Below, piece after piece: positions 27,928 through 38,855 of a stretch of 64,000 nucleotides of DNA. This DNA comes from an uncultured Rhodospirillales bacterium (lineage in GTDB: Bacteria > Pseudomonadota > Alphaproteobacteria > CACIAM-22H2): the NCBI GenBank assembly GCA_937926175.1, contig CALANV010000030.1:451-64450 (forward strand), read 5' to 3'. The notes under the pieces are model-generated. The model had not been told where the DNA came from. It saw nothing but the letters and a program-made list of their open reading frames with translations, and made no database searches. Numbering within the stretch: position 1 is the first letter of the stretch; each line of letters begins with the position of its first letter. Made by a program: the position numbers and the translations under genes.

Positions 27928-28068
27928 CTATCGGGCCTGCACCGAGCCGCCGGAGCGGCCGGCGATCGGCTGCTCGTGCTCGGCGGTCGCGATGGCGCGG
28001 CCGAACAGCAGCGCGAGCACGCCCCCGATCAAGGACCAGGCACCGATGATATAAAGCGCAAGCATCAT
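27928..28068 (-). CDS. Candidate 46-aa single-TM small membrane protein. Not in the ORF track as a separate call.
   Basis: Minus-strand reading ggaggcgataccc ATG ATG CTT GCG CTT TAT ATC ATC GGT GCC TGG TCC TTG ATC GGG GGC GTG CTC GCG CTG CTG TTC GGC CGC... gives MMLALYIIGAWSLIGGVLALLFGRAIATAEHEQPIAGRSGGSVQAR. There is a GGAGG RBS 7 nt upstream. One hydrophobic helix is followed by a charged tail. Confidence 0.45.
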   Translation of the reverse strand: MMLALYIIGAWSLIGGVLALLFGRAIATAEHEQPIAGRSGGSVQAR

Positions 28069-28305
28069 GGGTATCGCCTCCATGACTGGCCTCGCTAACA
28101 AGGGTGAGGCACCACGGCTTAACGCCCCGTAAACGCCGCCCGGCCCCCGGGCGACGGCCTTTGTCGCGGTCGCCGTCGCCGGCCCGCTGCCGCATCACAC
28201 AACCGTGCGCTGGAACCGTGCCGCACGCCTGTGCTAATCGTTCGTAAACGTATGTTAACCGCACGCCGATGGCGTCCGGTCGTCAGCCTGTCGGGGGAAC
28301 ACGCC

Positions 28306-29142
28306 ATGCAGCAGGTACGGAGCTGCGTCCTCATCGACGACATGGGACGACTGCATCCATGGCCCGGATCCCGGCTGGCCATCGAACTCGGCCACGACGG
28401 CGCCGACTTCGACGTCCTCGACTACGTGGTCCGCAATCTCGGCTATATCGTGGTGGTCGAGACGAGCGGCTTCATCCGCGTGGCGCTGCGTCCCCTGTTC
28501 GCCGGCTTCCAGTCGGTCGGGGCATTGGAGCATTTCGTCGACGAGCGGCAACCGCGCCGGATGGCGCTGTCGTATTTCGATTACGAATGGCACCATGAAG
28601 TGTGCGGTGACGTGCACGCGTTACGGCGGCGGCTGCACGAGGTGCTCAATGCCGGCCTGAAGGAACTGCCGGGTCACGCCTATCTCGCTTCGCGCCGCAA
28701 CATCGATGCGATTCTGCGCGACGGGCGCAGCCCGTTCACGCCGCTGCTGCGTCGCTGGTTCGACGGCGAATGCCCCGACGACGTTCCGTCCTTCCTTCGC
28801 AGTTGCGGGCTGCTCGAGCGTGCAATGATCGCGGAACGGTGTCCGGAAAGCGGCGACTTCGTCTTCGTCCACAGCGGACAGCGCATCGAACTGTACGACA
28901 GGTCCTGGTCCGTGGCCGCCGCCGGACGCAAGGTGCATGACCAGCCTGACCGCATCTACGGCCGGTGGATCGCGGAGACCTGCCGCGCCGTCGACGAGCG
29001 TCAGATGCCTCGCTACGAGCTGGTGCATGCGAAGGTGGACGAGCCCGGAAAGTCGCCACGGCACTGGCGCTATGAACGCCTGGTGCTGCCGTGGCGACAG
29101 GGTGACCGGCGGATCGTCGTCTCGGTCTCGATCCGCGACTAG
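28306..29142 (+). CDS. Hypothetical two-domain protein. The C-terminal half resembles the alphaproteobacterial PAS_5-type domain.
   Basis: C-terminal segment ...DFVFVHSGQRIELYDRSWSVAAAG...YERLVLPWRQGDRRIVVSVSI follows the 'DFRyRLvGT...G.D.TG...RLLLPL..dG..V' pattern of PAS_5 proteins. No match recalled for the N-terminal about 120 aa. Start at MQQVRSC (the track start 28231 is further upstream). Confidence 0.5.
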   Translation: MQQVRSCVLIDDMGRLHPWPGSRLAIELGHDGADFDVLDYVVRNLGYIVVVETSGFIRVALRPLFAGFQSVGALEHFVDERQPRRMALSYFDYEWHHEVCGDVHALRRRLHEVLNAGLKELPGHAYLASRRNIDAILRDGRSPFTPLLRRWFDGECPDDVPSFLRSCGLLERAMIAERCPESGDFVFVHSGQRIELYDRSWSVAAAGRKVHDQPDRIYGRWIAETCRAVDERQMPRYELVHAKVDEPGKSPRHWRYERLVLPWRQGDRRIVVSVSIRD

Positions 29143-29912
29143 GCGGAGAGGCGCTCGGCGCGCGGATGAAGCACGAGCGTCGTCTCCAGATCGAAGATGA
29201 AATCGTCCTGGCCGATCCACACCAGCGCGGCCTCGATGTCCTTGCCCTCGGGTGAACCGATCCAGTTAATCGCGTACTCGACGTTACGGAAGCCGTAGCT
29301 TCGGGCCACCCCCTTGTCGACGAGCACCCGTTTGACGAAGCTGAACGCGAAGTCCGTATTCCACCGCGAGAGCGCGATGGCACGGCCCATCCGCGGGACG
29401 ATCGAGGCCAGGCCGCGTCCCCTGAAGTCCGGCCGGAACCACGTGCCGCCCGAGTAGACGACATGTCCGGTTATGCGCCGCGCGCTCGGCGCCGTGACGA
29501 TGCAACGCTCGCCGGGCCGGGCCTGCTTTCCGGGATCGCGGTAGAAGATCCGCAACGACTCGAACTCGTCCGCGAGCGTCGACTGGAACATAGGGAAATA
29601 GCGGACGACCTGCGTGAGCACGGGCTCGCCGTCGATATTCCGCCCCAGAATCCAGAAGGCGTTGTCGGGTCCGACCGCACTGATGCGCGGATCGAAGCTC
29701 GGCGCCAGCGGATGCCAGTGCTCCCGGTTGGCCTCGTTCAACGCAAGCAGTGCGTCGAAATCGCTCTCCAGCGACAGGTACACGCCTCGCTCGCGGGCCG
29801 CGCGGTCGGCAAGCAGCAGGTACCGGCCGAGGATGTCGTTGGGACCATGCAGCAGCGTGACCTGGTCGGGCAGGCGTGCACGCATCTGCCGCGGCTGAAC
29901 CTTGAGCAACAT
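29139..29912 (-). CDS. Hypothetical protein, possibly GNAT-fold acyltransferase-like.
   Basis: 257 aa. FRGRGLASIVPRMGRAIALSRW resembles the GNAT motif-A (R/QxxGxG/A). GGAGGTG RBS ahead of the second Met (MLLKVQ). Convergent with and overlapping the preceding gene by 4 nt. Confidence 0.45.
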   Translation of the reverse strand: MLLKVQPRQMRARLPDQVTLLHGPNDILGRYLLLADRAARERGVYLSLESDFDALLALNEANREHWHPLAPSFDPRISAVGPDNAFWILGRNIDGEPVLTQVVRYFPMFQSTLADEFESLRIFYRDPGKQARPGERCIVTAPSARRITGHVVYSGGTWFRPDFRGRGLASIVPRMGRAIALSRWNTDFAFSFVKRVLVDKGVARSYGFRNVEYAINWIGSPEGKDIEAALVWIGQDDFIFDLETTLVLHPRAERLSA

Positions 29913-30147
29913 TTCCACCTCCATACTCAGGTTGTTTCCGGAGGCGGTATTCTCGGCCGCGACAGATTAAAGCTGAGTTCTGGTCGATGATCTTTCGGCT
30001 TCGGTTACTCTGAATCCTGCCGGTCCGGCCGAGCTTAACGCCGGCCGGGGTCTTCATGACAGCCGACTCATGGCTTATGTTAACGATTAATTAAACATGA
30101 ACGGAGACCCTGCACCGAATTACGGACCCTTGCCGCGGAGTTGTCCG

Positions 30148-30303
30148 ATGCTTTCCGCCGACCAGCTCGACGCCGTCCTGAACGCCATCGACATGAGGCT
30201 CGCCACGGCAGAGCCTGTGAGCATCGAGGATCTGGAGCAAGTCCAGAAGCTTCTCGAGGCGCGCTCGATCCTCGAAAACCTGCCGCGAGCAGGTCACGTG
30301 TAA
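30148..30303 (+). CDS. Small helical hypothetical protein (51 aa).
   Basis: MLSADQLDAVLNAIDMRLATAEPVSIEDLEQVQKLLEARSILENLPRAGHV. GGAG 8 nt upstream. Preceded by an unusually AT-rich stretch (gttaacgattaattaaac). The track start 30097 is an alternative. Confidence 0.4.
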   Translation: MLSADQLDAVLNAIDMRLATAEPVSIEDLEQVQKLLEARSILENLPRAGHV

Positions 30304-30428
30304 GACCCCCCGCGCGCGAACAAGCGCAAGCGCGTTCGGACGCCAACGGTCCCGTTCGCCCACGATCGTTCGATCCGCGAACCGACAAGCCGAGCCCGGC
30401 CAAGCCGAGCCCGGCGCGATCAGGCAGC

Positions 30429-31010
30429 CTAGACGAGCACCATACCGATGCAAGCGATCAGCGCGCCTGCAAGCGGGACGGCAGCGCGCGCCGCAGCCAC
30501 GCGGCATAGCTCGCTGGCGGCGATCCCCGTCAGGTGCAGCAATCCGGTCGCTGCAACGAAGCCCAGCGCGTAGGAAACGCCGTCCGTCGTCGCGCCGGCC
30601 TCGATCCCATGCGCATGGCCGTGGAACACGGCGACCGCCCCGCTGACCGCGACGGCGAGAAGCAGCTGCGGCCTGAGGCGGAGCGCAACGACGAGGCCGA
30701 GCACAACAACCGAGACGGCGATGGCGAGCTCCGTTGCATGAAGCGGCTGGCCCGCCATGCCGAGGATGCCGCCCAGGACCATCGCGGCGACGAAGCTGAC
30801 CGGAACGGCCCAAAGCGCACGGCCGCCGAGCTGGCCGGCCCAAAGCCCGATCGCCACCATGGCGAGGATATGATCCAGACCGCCCAGCGGGTGGACGAAC
30901 CCGGAAACGAAACCGGTCACGTCATGCCCGACATGCGCCTGCGCCGACGTTGCCGCGAACAGCAGCGGCAGGGCGGCAACGGCATATCTTACAACTCTTA
31001 CAACTCGCAT
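30429..31010 (-). CDS. hupE: HupE/UreJ family nickel transporter.
   Basis: Signal peptide, then HPLGGLDHILAMVAIGLWA and FHGHAHGIEAG His-rich TM motifs of HupE/UreJ. Last gene of the urease operon. Confidence 0.85.
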   Translation of the reverse strand: MRVVRVVRYAVAALPLLFAATSAQAHVGHDVTGFVSGFVHPLGGLDHILAMVAIGLWAGQLGGRALWAVPVSFVAAMVLGGILGMAGQPLHATELAIAVSVVVLGLVVALRLRPQLLLAVAVSGAVAVFHGHAHGIEAGATTDGVSYALGFVAATGLLHLTGIAASELCRVAAARAAVPLAGALIACIGMVLV

Positions 31011-31044
31011 CTTTTCCGCTCCCCTCGTTCAAACCATGAACGCG

Positions 31045-31689
31045 TCATTTCGCCGGCGCGGCATCCTGCGGCACGCGCTTCAGCCCGCCGCGCGTGAGAA
31101 TGAAATCGACCACGCGCTCAAGCCCCTTGCCGGACTTCAGATTCGTGAACACGAACGGACGATCGCCCCGCATGCGCGACGCGTCGCGTTCCATCACCGC
31201 AAGACTTGCGCCGACATGCGGCGCGAGATCGATCTTGTTGATGACGAGCAGATCCGACCGCGTGATGCCGGGTCCGCCCTTGCGCGGAATCTTGTCGCCG
31301 GCCGCGACGTCGATGACGTAGATCGTGAGGTCGGCGAGCTCCGGACTGAAGGTCGCCGCGAGATTGTCGCCGCCCGATTCGATGAAGCACAGCTCCGCGT
31401 TCGGGAAGCGCGCGACCATGGCGTCGAAGGCGGCAAGATTGATCGAGGCATCCTCGCGAATCGCCGTGTGCGGACAACCGCCGGTCTCAACCCCCATGAT
31501 CCGCTCGGCCGGCAGGGCGCCGGCGCGGGTCAGGATCATCTGGTCTTCGCGCGTGTAGATGTCGTTGGTGATCACGATCACGTCGTAATCGTCGCGCAAA
31601 CGGCGGCATAGGACCTCGACCAGGGACGTCTTGCCCGATCCGACCGGACCACCGATACCGACACGCAAGGGACCGTGTGCGATGCTCAT
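31045..31689 (-). CDS. ureG: Urease accessory GTPase.
   Basis: [14 protein letters not shown]-loop. ...[13 protein letters not shown] (Cys-Pro-His metal motif). ...NKIDL. 214 aa. Confidence 0.9.
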   Translation of the reverse strand: MSIAHGPLRVGIGGPVGSGKTSLVEVLCRRLRDDYDVIVITNDIYTREDQMILTRAGALPAERIMGVETGGCPHTAIREDASINLAAFDAMVARFPNAELCFIESGGDNLAATFSPELADLTIYVIDVAAGDKIPRKGGPGITRSDLLVINKIDLAPHVGASLAVMERDASRMRGDRPFVFTNLKSGKGLERVVDFILTRGGLKRVPQDAAPAK

Positions 31690-32378
31690 GATCTGAACAA
31701 CCTCGTGTATTGCCGTTCGTGCCGCATCGACCAGAGCTCGATCATCGGCGCGGCGCTGCCGTATGCATCGGGATCGCGGTCGATTGCCGCATCCGCCGCC
31801 GCTTCGACCACCGCCTCCAGCGCCGCGATCGCGCGCTGACCATCCGTCTGGCCCAGCGGAATCAGCTTGATCCCCGCGCCGACGATGCCGCCGGCGAAGG
31901 CGTGGAGATAGCCAAGCACGGCCGCGCGCAGGGGAATTCCGGCGCATGCCGTCGCAAGTCCGATCGCGACCGGATATGTGGCGGGTCGGCCGCCCTGCCG
32001 CAGCCGTTCGAGCCAGGGCAAGAGCGGAAGGTCGGGCCATGCCATGTGTACCGTCGACAGGAACGCCTCGCCCTGGGCCGTTCCTTCCAGGGCAAATTCC
32101 GCCGTCGCGCGCAACGTCGCCGCGCGCGCGACGGCATCATCGAATCCCGCTTCGTCGCCCTGCGTCACGGCACGCCAGGTCGCGCACAGCAATGTCGCGT
32201 CCGCGCGCCCGCTACCGTGAACGATGATGGCCGCCACATAGCGGACGAGATCATCTTGCGTCGCGACGCGGCCTTCCTCCACCGCCGCTTCGAGTGCATG
32301 CGAATAGCTGAACCCGCCCACCGGGAACGCGGGCGACAGCCAGGCGAGAAGCCGGTAGAGCCGATCGTCAGTGCCCAT
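31686..32378 (-). CDS. ureF: Urease accessory protein UreF.
   Basis: [27 protein letters not shown]... is the UreF family pattern. Start assigned at the Met preceding it; earlier in-frame Mets exist. Confidence 0.8.
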   Translation of the reverse strand: MGTDDRLYRLLAWLSPAFPVGGFSYSHALEAAVEEGRVATQDDLVRYVAAIIVHGSGRADATLLCATWRAVTQGDEAGFDDAVARAATLRATAEFALEGTAQGEAFLSTVHMAWPDLPLLPWLERLRQGGRPATYPVAIGLATACAGIPLRAAVLGYLHAFAGGIVGAGIKLIPLGQTDGQRAIAALEAVVEAAADAAIDRDPDAYGSAAPMIELWSMRHERQYTRLFRS

Positions 32379-32879
32379 GCGCTTGATGATCCGACGGCCG
32401 ATGGTGATGGTTTGAATGGTGGTCGCCATGCGCATGGCCATGCGCGGACGCATACGCGCCGCCTTCCGGCGTGAACGGCGCCTGCCGCGGCGTGACGCGC
32501 GCGCCGAGCCGCACCAGCATGTCGACGATCACGTGGTCGTCGCGGATGCGCAGCCCGCCCGGGATCACCTGCACCGGCAGATGCCGGTTGCCGAGATGCC
32601 AGGCAATGCGCGCCAGCGCCTCGGGCGATTCGCAGATCACGTCGCAGACCCGCTCCGTCGCGGCGCGGACGAGCGCAATGGCGCCGTCGTCGAGCACCAG
32701 TCCATCACCGTCGTTGAGGACGCGGGCCTGCGGCAGGTCGAGAAGAAACGTGCTGCTGCCGTCGTCGGCGGTGATGACCATACGCCGGCGATAGCGATCC
32801 TCGTAGACGAGGGTCACCGACATCGCCGCATGTTCAACAGGCCAGTAGCCTGCGGGCGCGATCCGTGCGACGCGGCGCA

Positions 32880-32880
<1 letters not shown>
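32368..32880 (-). CDS. ureE: Urease accessory protein UreE with a His-rich C-terminal tail.
   Basis: ...LGNRHLPVQV... UreE core. Tail [24 protein letters not shown]. Start overlaps the ureC stop. Confidence 0.8.
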
Positions 32881-34585
<1,705 letters not shown>

Positions 34586-34589
<4 letters not shown>

Positions 34590-34963
34590 TTCTTCGCGCC
34601 CCCTGTCTTCCTGCCGGCTGTCTTCTTGCCGGACGTCCTGGCCTTGCGCGCCTTTCCGTCCAGCCCGCCGTTCACCAGACCGCGGAAGCCCACGGCCCGG
34701 CGGGCGCCGGCATAGGCGACGAGCTGCACCTGACGGGTCTGACCCGGCTCGAACCGCACGGCGGTGCCGGCAGGTATGTCGAGCCGGAAGCCGCGCGCCT
34801 TTTCGCGGTCGAAGGCGAGCGCCGCGTTCACCTCGAAGAAATGGTAATGGGAACCGACCTGGATCGGCCGATCGCCGGTATTGGCCACCGTCAGCGTCAC
34901 GGTGTCGCGGCCGGCGTTGAGCGTGATCTCGCCGTCGCGAACGATGATTTCCCCCGGTTTCAT
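34586..34963 (-). CDS. ureB: Urease beta subunit with a Lys/Gly-rich C-terminal extension.
   Basis: [46 protein letters not shown] canonical UreB. Tail [22 protein letters not shown]. Confidence 0.9.
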
Positions 34964-34976
34964 CGTCAGGTACCTC

Positions 34977-35279
34977 TCAACGGATCGGGTTGTGAACGGT
35001 GACCAGCTTGGTCCCGTCGGGAAACGTCGCCTCGACCTGTATCTCGTGGATCATCTCGGACACGCCGCTCATCACCTGGTCGCGGCGCAGCACGGTCGCG
35101 GCATCGCGCATGAGTTCGGCGACGCTGCGGCCGTCGCGGGCCCCTTCCATGACGTAGTCGGTTATGAGCGCGACCGCCTCGGGGTGATTGAGCTTGACGC
35201 CCCGCTCGAGCCGCCGGCGCGCGACGAGCGCAGCCATCGCAATCATCAGCTTGTCCTTCTCTCTCGGCGTCAGATTCAT
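34977..35279 (-). CDS. ureA: Urease gamma subunit.
   Basis: [57 protein letters not shown] is the canonical 100-aa UreA. Confidence 0.95.
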   Translation of the reverse strand: MNLTPREKDKLMIAMAALVARRRLERGVKLNHPEAVALITDYVMEGARDGRSVAELMRDAATVLRRDQVMSGVSEMIHEIQVEATFPDGTKLVTVHNPIR

Positions 35280-35306
35280 GCCTGCCTCGCTTGCGACATC
35301 CCGTCC

Positions 35307-36173
35307 TCAGATGTGCCAGATCCGCGGCAGCACCGGTGGCAATGCTGCGAGCGCATGGCGCAGCGCCGCCCAAGTGCGGCCGAATTCCTGTCGCAGCCGA
35401 TGCGGTTCACGCGACAGCCACCGCGTGACGAGCAGCGGCCCCAGACAACTCGCCGCTGCGAGGACCGTGCCGTCCGGCAGAAGCTCCCGCACCAGATCGA
35501 GCCGATCGGCGGCATCGGCGCCGACGTAAAGCATCGTGGCGTACGCCCCGGCGCCGTCGAAACACATCGGATCGTCAAGGATGTCGCCAAGATCGCCATC
35601 CAGGGTGAGTGCGTCGGTCCACACCAGGCGGCCGTTGCAGCGGATCTCCCACCGCTCGTCGACCAATCCGCGCACGACACGCTCGCCGCGCGCCGTCCGC
35701 CCGAAGACGAGCATTTCGCCGGCGAGCACGCGCGCATCGCCCGCGACGTCCATGACCATGCGTCGCCGCAACCGGCCCCCGTCGAAGAGAATCGTCTGCT
35801 GCGGCAACCACTCCAGCCATGCGCCGGCGCCGATCGTCGCCCGGCTGACGATGATGCTGTCGGGTCCGGCCGAACGGTAGATCTTCTCGGCGGCCTGTCC
35901 GGTGACGATCGCGGCGGCATCGGTGTCGAGGACGAGACTGGTTTCAAGCCGATCACCACCGACGACGCCGCCCGCGACATTGACGAGAACGGCGAGCGGC
36001 AGCGGCTCGTCCGGCGTCTCAGGGACGAGAACGCGCAGCGGCGCCTGCTGGAAGACCTCGGCGAGGACGGTACGTCGTGCGCGGCGCGCGAAGCGGAGGC
36101 CGGCAACACCCGGTCGCACGCGCACTGCACACGCATCGGACTGCCAGGAGAGGTCGAACGCGCTTCCATCCAC
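35307..36173 (-). CDS. ureD: Urease accessory protein UreD (UreH).
   Basis: About 288 aa. ...QQAPLRVLVPETPD...VNVAGGVVGGDRLE... UreD pattern. First gene of the ure block. Confidence 0.8.
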   Translation of the reverse strand: MDGSAFDLSWQSDACAVRVRPGVAGLRFARRARRTVLAEVFQQAPLRVLVPETPDEPLPLAVLVNVAGGVVGGDRLETSLVLDTDAAAIVTGQAAEKIYRSAGPDSIIVSRATIGAGAWLEWLPQQTILFDGGRLRRRMVMDVAGDARVLAGEMLVFGRTARGERVVRGLVDERWEIRCNGRLVWTDALTLDGDLGDILDDPMCFDGAGAYATMLYVGADAADRLDLVRELLPDGTVLAAASCLGPLLVTRWLSREPHRLRQEFGRTWAALRHALAALPPVLPRIWHI

Positions 36174-36263
36174 CAGAGAGATCCTCGCGATTGCCGACCG
36201 GACATCGGGGCGATCCGGCCGCAGGTCAGGTCGAGCATTGCGGCGACGCGCGGGCAGCCATGG

Positions 36264-36959
36264 TCATACCGTCAGGTAACGACGGACATCCGCTTCGTTC
36301 AGCGCATCGGCGGCCCCCGCCAGCACGATCTCGCCCCGGTTCATGACCGCGGTGTAGTGGGCAAGGCTGCGCGCGAACTCGTAATACTGTTCGACCAGGA
36401 CGATCGCCATGTCGCCGCGGCTGGCCAACAGCCGGATGACGCGCTCGATATCCTTGATGATCGACGGCTGGATCCCTTCCGTGGGTTCGTCGAGAAGCAG
36501 GAGCCGCGGCCGGGTGACGAGGGCACGGGCGATGGCGAGCTGCTGCTGCTGACCGCCGGAAAGGTCGCCGCCCCGGCGGCGGAGCATCGACGCCAGGACG
36601 GGGAACAGCTCGAAGATCTCCTCGGGAATGGTGCGCTTGCCGCGCGGCAGCGGCGCGAAGCCGGTCCGCAGATTCTCCTCCACCGTCAGCAGGGGAAAGA
36701 TGTCGCGACCCTGCGGCACATAGGCGATACCGGCGCGGGCGCGCTCGTAAGGCGGCAGACCGGTGAGATCCCGGCCTTCCCAGCGGATGCGGCCGCGACG
36801 GACGGGCTCGAGCCCGATGATCGCGCGCAGCAGGCTCGTCTTGCCGACGCCGTTGCGTCCCAGGAGACACGTGACCGCGCCCGGCACGGCCGACAGCGAC
36901 ACCTGCCGCAGGCAGTGACTTTCGCCGTAGTACAGATCGATGTTCTCGACCGATAGCAT
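36264..36959 (-). CDS. urtE: Urea ABC transporter ATP-binding protein UrtE.
   Basis: Walker A GRNGVGKTSLL, signature LSGGQQQQLAIARAL, 231 aa. Position after urtD. Confidence 0.85.
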   Translation of the reverse strand: MLSVENIDLYYGESHCLRQVSLSAVPGAVTCLLGRNGVGKTSLLRAIIGLEPVRRGRIRWEGRDLTGLPPYERARAGIAYVPQGRDIFPLLTVEENLRTGFAPLPRGKRTIPEEIFELFPVLASMLRRRGGDLSGGQQQQLAIARALVTRPRLLLLDEPTEGIQPSIIKDIERVIRLLASRGDMAIVLVEQYYEFARSLAHYTAVMNRGEIVLAGAADALNEADVRRYLTV

Positions 36960-37709
36960 TCAGCGCCCCAGATAGACTTCGATGACGCGCGGGTCGTTCT
37001 GGACATGGTCGATCGAGCCTTCGGCCAGGACGCTGCCCTCGTGAAGAACGGTGACGCGCGTCGCGAGCGCGCGCACGAACTCCATGTCGTGTTCGACGAC
37101 GATCACCGAGCGGTCGCCGGCGATACGCCGCAGCAGTGCCGCCGTCTGCTCCGTCTCGTAATCGGTCATGCCCGCCACCGGCTCGTCGACCAGCAGCAGT
37201 TCCGGGTCCTGCATCAGCAGCATGCCGATCTCGAGCCACTGGCGCTGGCCGTGCGAGAGCGCGCCGGCCCGTTCGCCGGCACGCGCGGCGAGGCCCGTGA
37301 GGTCCAGCACCTCGTCGATGCGATCCCGCGCTTCGCCGGAAAGACGGAAGCAGAGCGTCGCGATCAGACCGCGGTCGGCCTTGAGCGCAAGCTCGAGGTT
37401 CTCGAAGACGGTCAGATGGTCGAATACCGTCGGCTTCTGGAACTTGCGGCCGATGCCGAGATTGGCGATCTCGGCCTCCTCGAGACGGGTCAGATCGTGC
37501 ACGCCCTTGAACAGGACGCGCCCGCGATCCGGCCGCGTCTTGCCGGTGACGACGTCCATCATCGTCGTCTTGCCGGCGCCGTTCGGCCCGATAATCGTGC
37601 GCAGCTCGCCCGGCTCGACCACGAGGCTCAGTTCGTTGAGCGCGCGGAATCCGTCGAAGCTGACGGTGACCCCGTCGAGATAGAGGATGGGCTGCGTGCG
37701 TTCAGTCAC
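36960..37709 (-). CDS. urtD: Urea ABC transporter ATP-binding protein UrtD.
   Basis: Walker A GPNGAGKTTMM, signature LSHGQRQWLEIGMLL, Walker B LLLVDEP. Confidence 0.85.
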   Translation of the reverse strand: MTERTQPILYLDGVTVSFDGFRALNELSLVVEPGELRTIIGPNGAGKTTMMDVVTGKTRPDRGRVLFKGVHDLTRLEEAEIANLGIGRKFQKPTVFDHLTVFENLELALKADRGLIATLCFRLSGEARDRIDEVLDLTGLAARAGERAGALSHGQRQWLEIGMLLMQDPELLLVDEPVAGMTDYETEQTAALLRRIAGDRSVIVVEHDMEFVRALATRVTVLHEGSVLAEGSIDHVQNDPRVIEVYLGR

Positions 37710-38853
37710 TGCCGCCTCGCTCCGGCTTGAGGATGCCGGCCAGCACGGGCACGCCGGCCGGCGGCCGCCGCGCCACCAGACTCGCGAGCCCGACGAGACC
37801 CCGCGGCAGGAACAACGTGACGACGATGAACAGCAAGCCGAGCAGGTAGGGCCAGAGCTCGGCGGCCGACGACGTCAGCCATGTCTTGGCGCCGTTCACC
37901 GCCAGCGCGCCGATGATGGCGCCGTAGAGCGTCCCGCGCCCGCCGACCGCGACCCAGATCACGGCCTCGATGGAGGCGGCCGGCGAGAATTCGCTGGGAT
38001 TGATGATGCCGACCTGCGGAATGTAGAGCGCACCGGCAAGACCGGCGAGCATCGCCGAGACCGTGAATGCAAACAGCTTGTATGCGGTGACGGAGTAGCC
38101 GAGAAAGCGCACGCGCGATTCGGCGTCGCGGATGGCGACGAGGACGCGGCCGAGCTTGCTGCGCACGATCCAGCGGCACATCAGATACGCGCCGCCGAGC
38201 GCCAGCGCCGAGGCTAGGTAGAGTGCGATCCGCGTCGACTTCGCCGCCAGCGGAAAGCCGAGGATGTCCTTGAAATCGGTCAGGCCGTTGTTGCCGCCGA
38301 AGCCCATTTCGTTGCGGAAGAACGCGAGCATCAGGGCGAAGGTCATCGCCTGACTGATGATCGAGAAGTAGACACCCGTGATGCGCGAGCGGAAGGCGAA
38401 CCAGCCGAACAGGAACGCAAGCGCCCCCGGCACCAGCAGGGCCATGGCGAACGCGAACGGAAAATGATCGAAGCCGTACCAGTACCACGGCAGTTCCTTC
38501 CAGTTCAGGAACACCATGAAATCCGGCAGCACGGGATCGCGATAGACGCCGCGGTCGCCGATCGAGCGCATCAGATACATGCCCATCGCGTAGCCGCCGA
38601 GCGCGAAGAAGGCGCCGTGACCGAGCGAGAGGATTCCGCAGTAGCCCCAGATCAGATCGATCGCGAGGGCCAGCATCGCGAGGCACAGCCACTTGCCGAC
38701 GACGTTGATGTAGAAGTCCGGAAGATGAAGCGCCGAACCGGACGGCGGCAGCAGGTTGAACAGCGGCACCGCGGCGATGACGACGGCAAACGACACCAGC
38801 GCGATACGGCCCGAGGCAGAAGATCCAAGCGCGCGCAGGAGCGGCGATGCCAT
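37702..38853 (-). CDS. urtC: Urea ABC transporter permease UrtC.
   Basis: LivM-type branched-chain permease fold, 383 aa, between urtB and urtD. Confidence 0.85.
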   Translation of the reverse strand: MASPLLRALGSSASGRIALVSFAVVIAAVPLFNLLPPSGSALHLPDFYINVVGKWLCLAMLALAIDLIWGYCGILSLGHGAFFALGGYAMGMYLMRSIGDRGVYRDPVLPDFMVFLNWKELPWYWYGFDHFPFAFAMALLVPGALAFLFGWFAFRSRITGVYFSIISQAMTFALMLAFFRNEMGFGGNNGLTDFKDILGFPLAAKSTRIALYLASALALGGAYLMCRWIVRSKLGRVLVAIRDAESRVRFLGYSVTAYKLFAFTVSAMLAGLAGALYIPQVGIINPSEFSPAASIEAVIWVAVGGRGTLYGAIIGALAVNGAKTWLTSSAAELWPYLLGLLFIVVTLFLPRGLVGLASLVARRPPAGVPVLAGILKPERGGSD

Positions 38854-38855
38854 CG

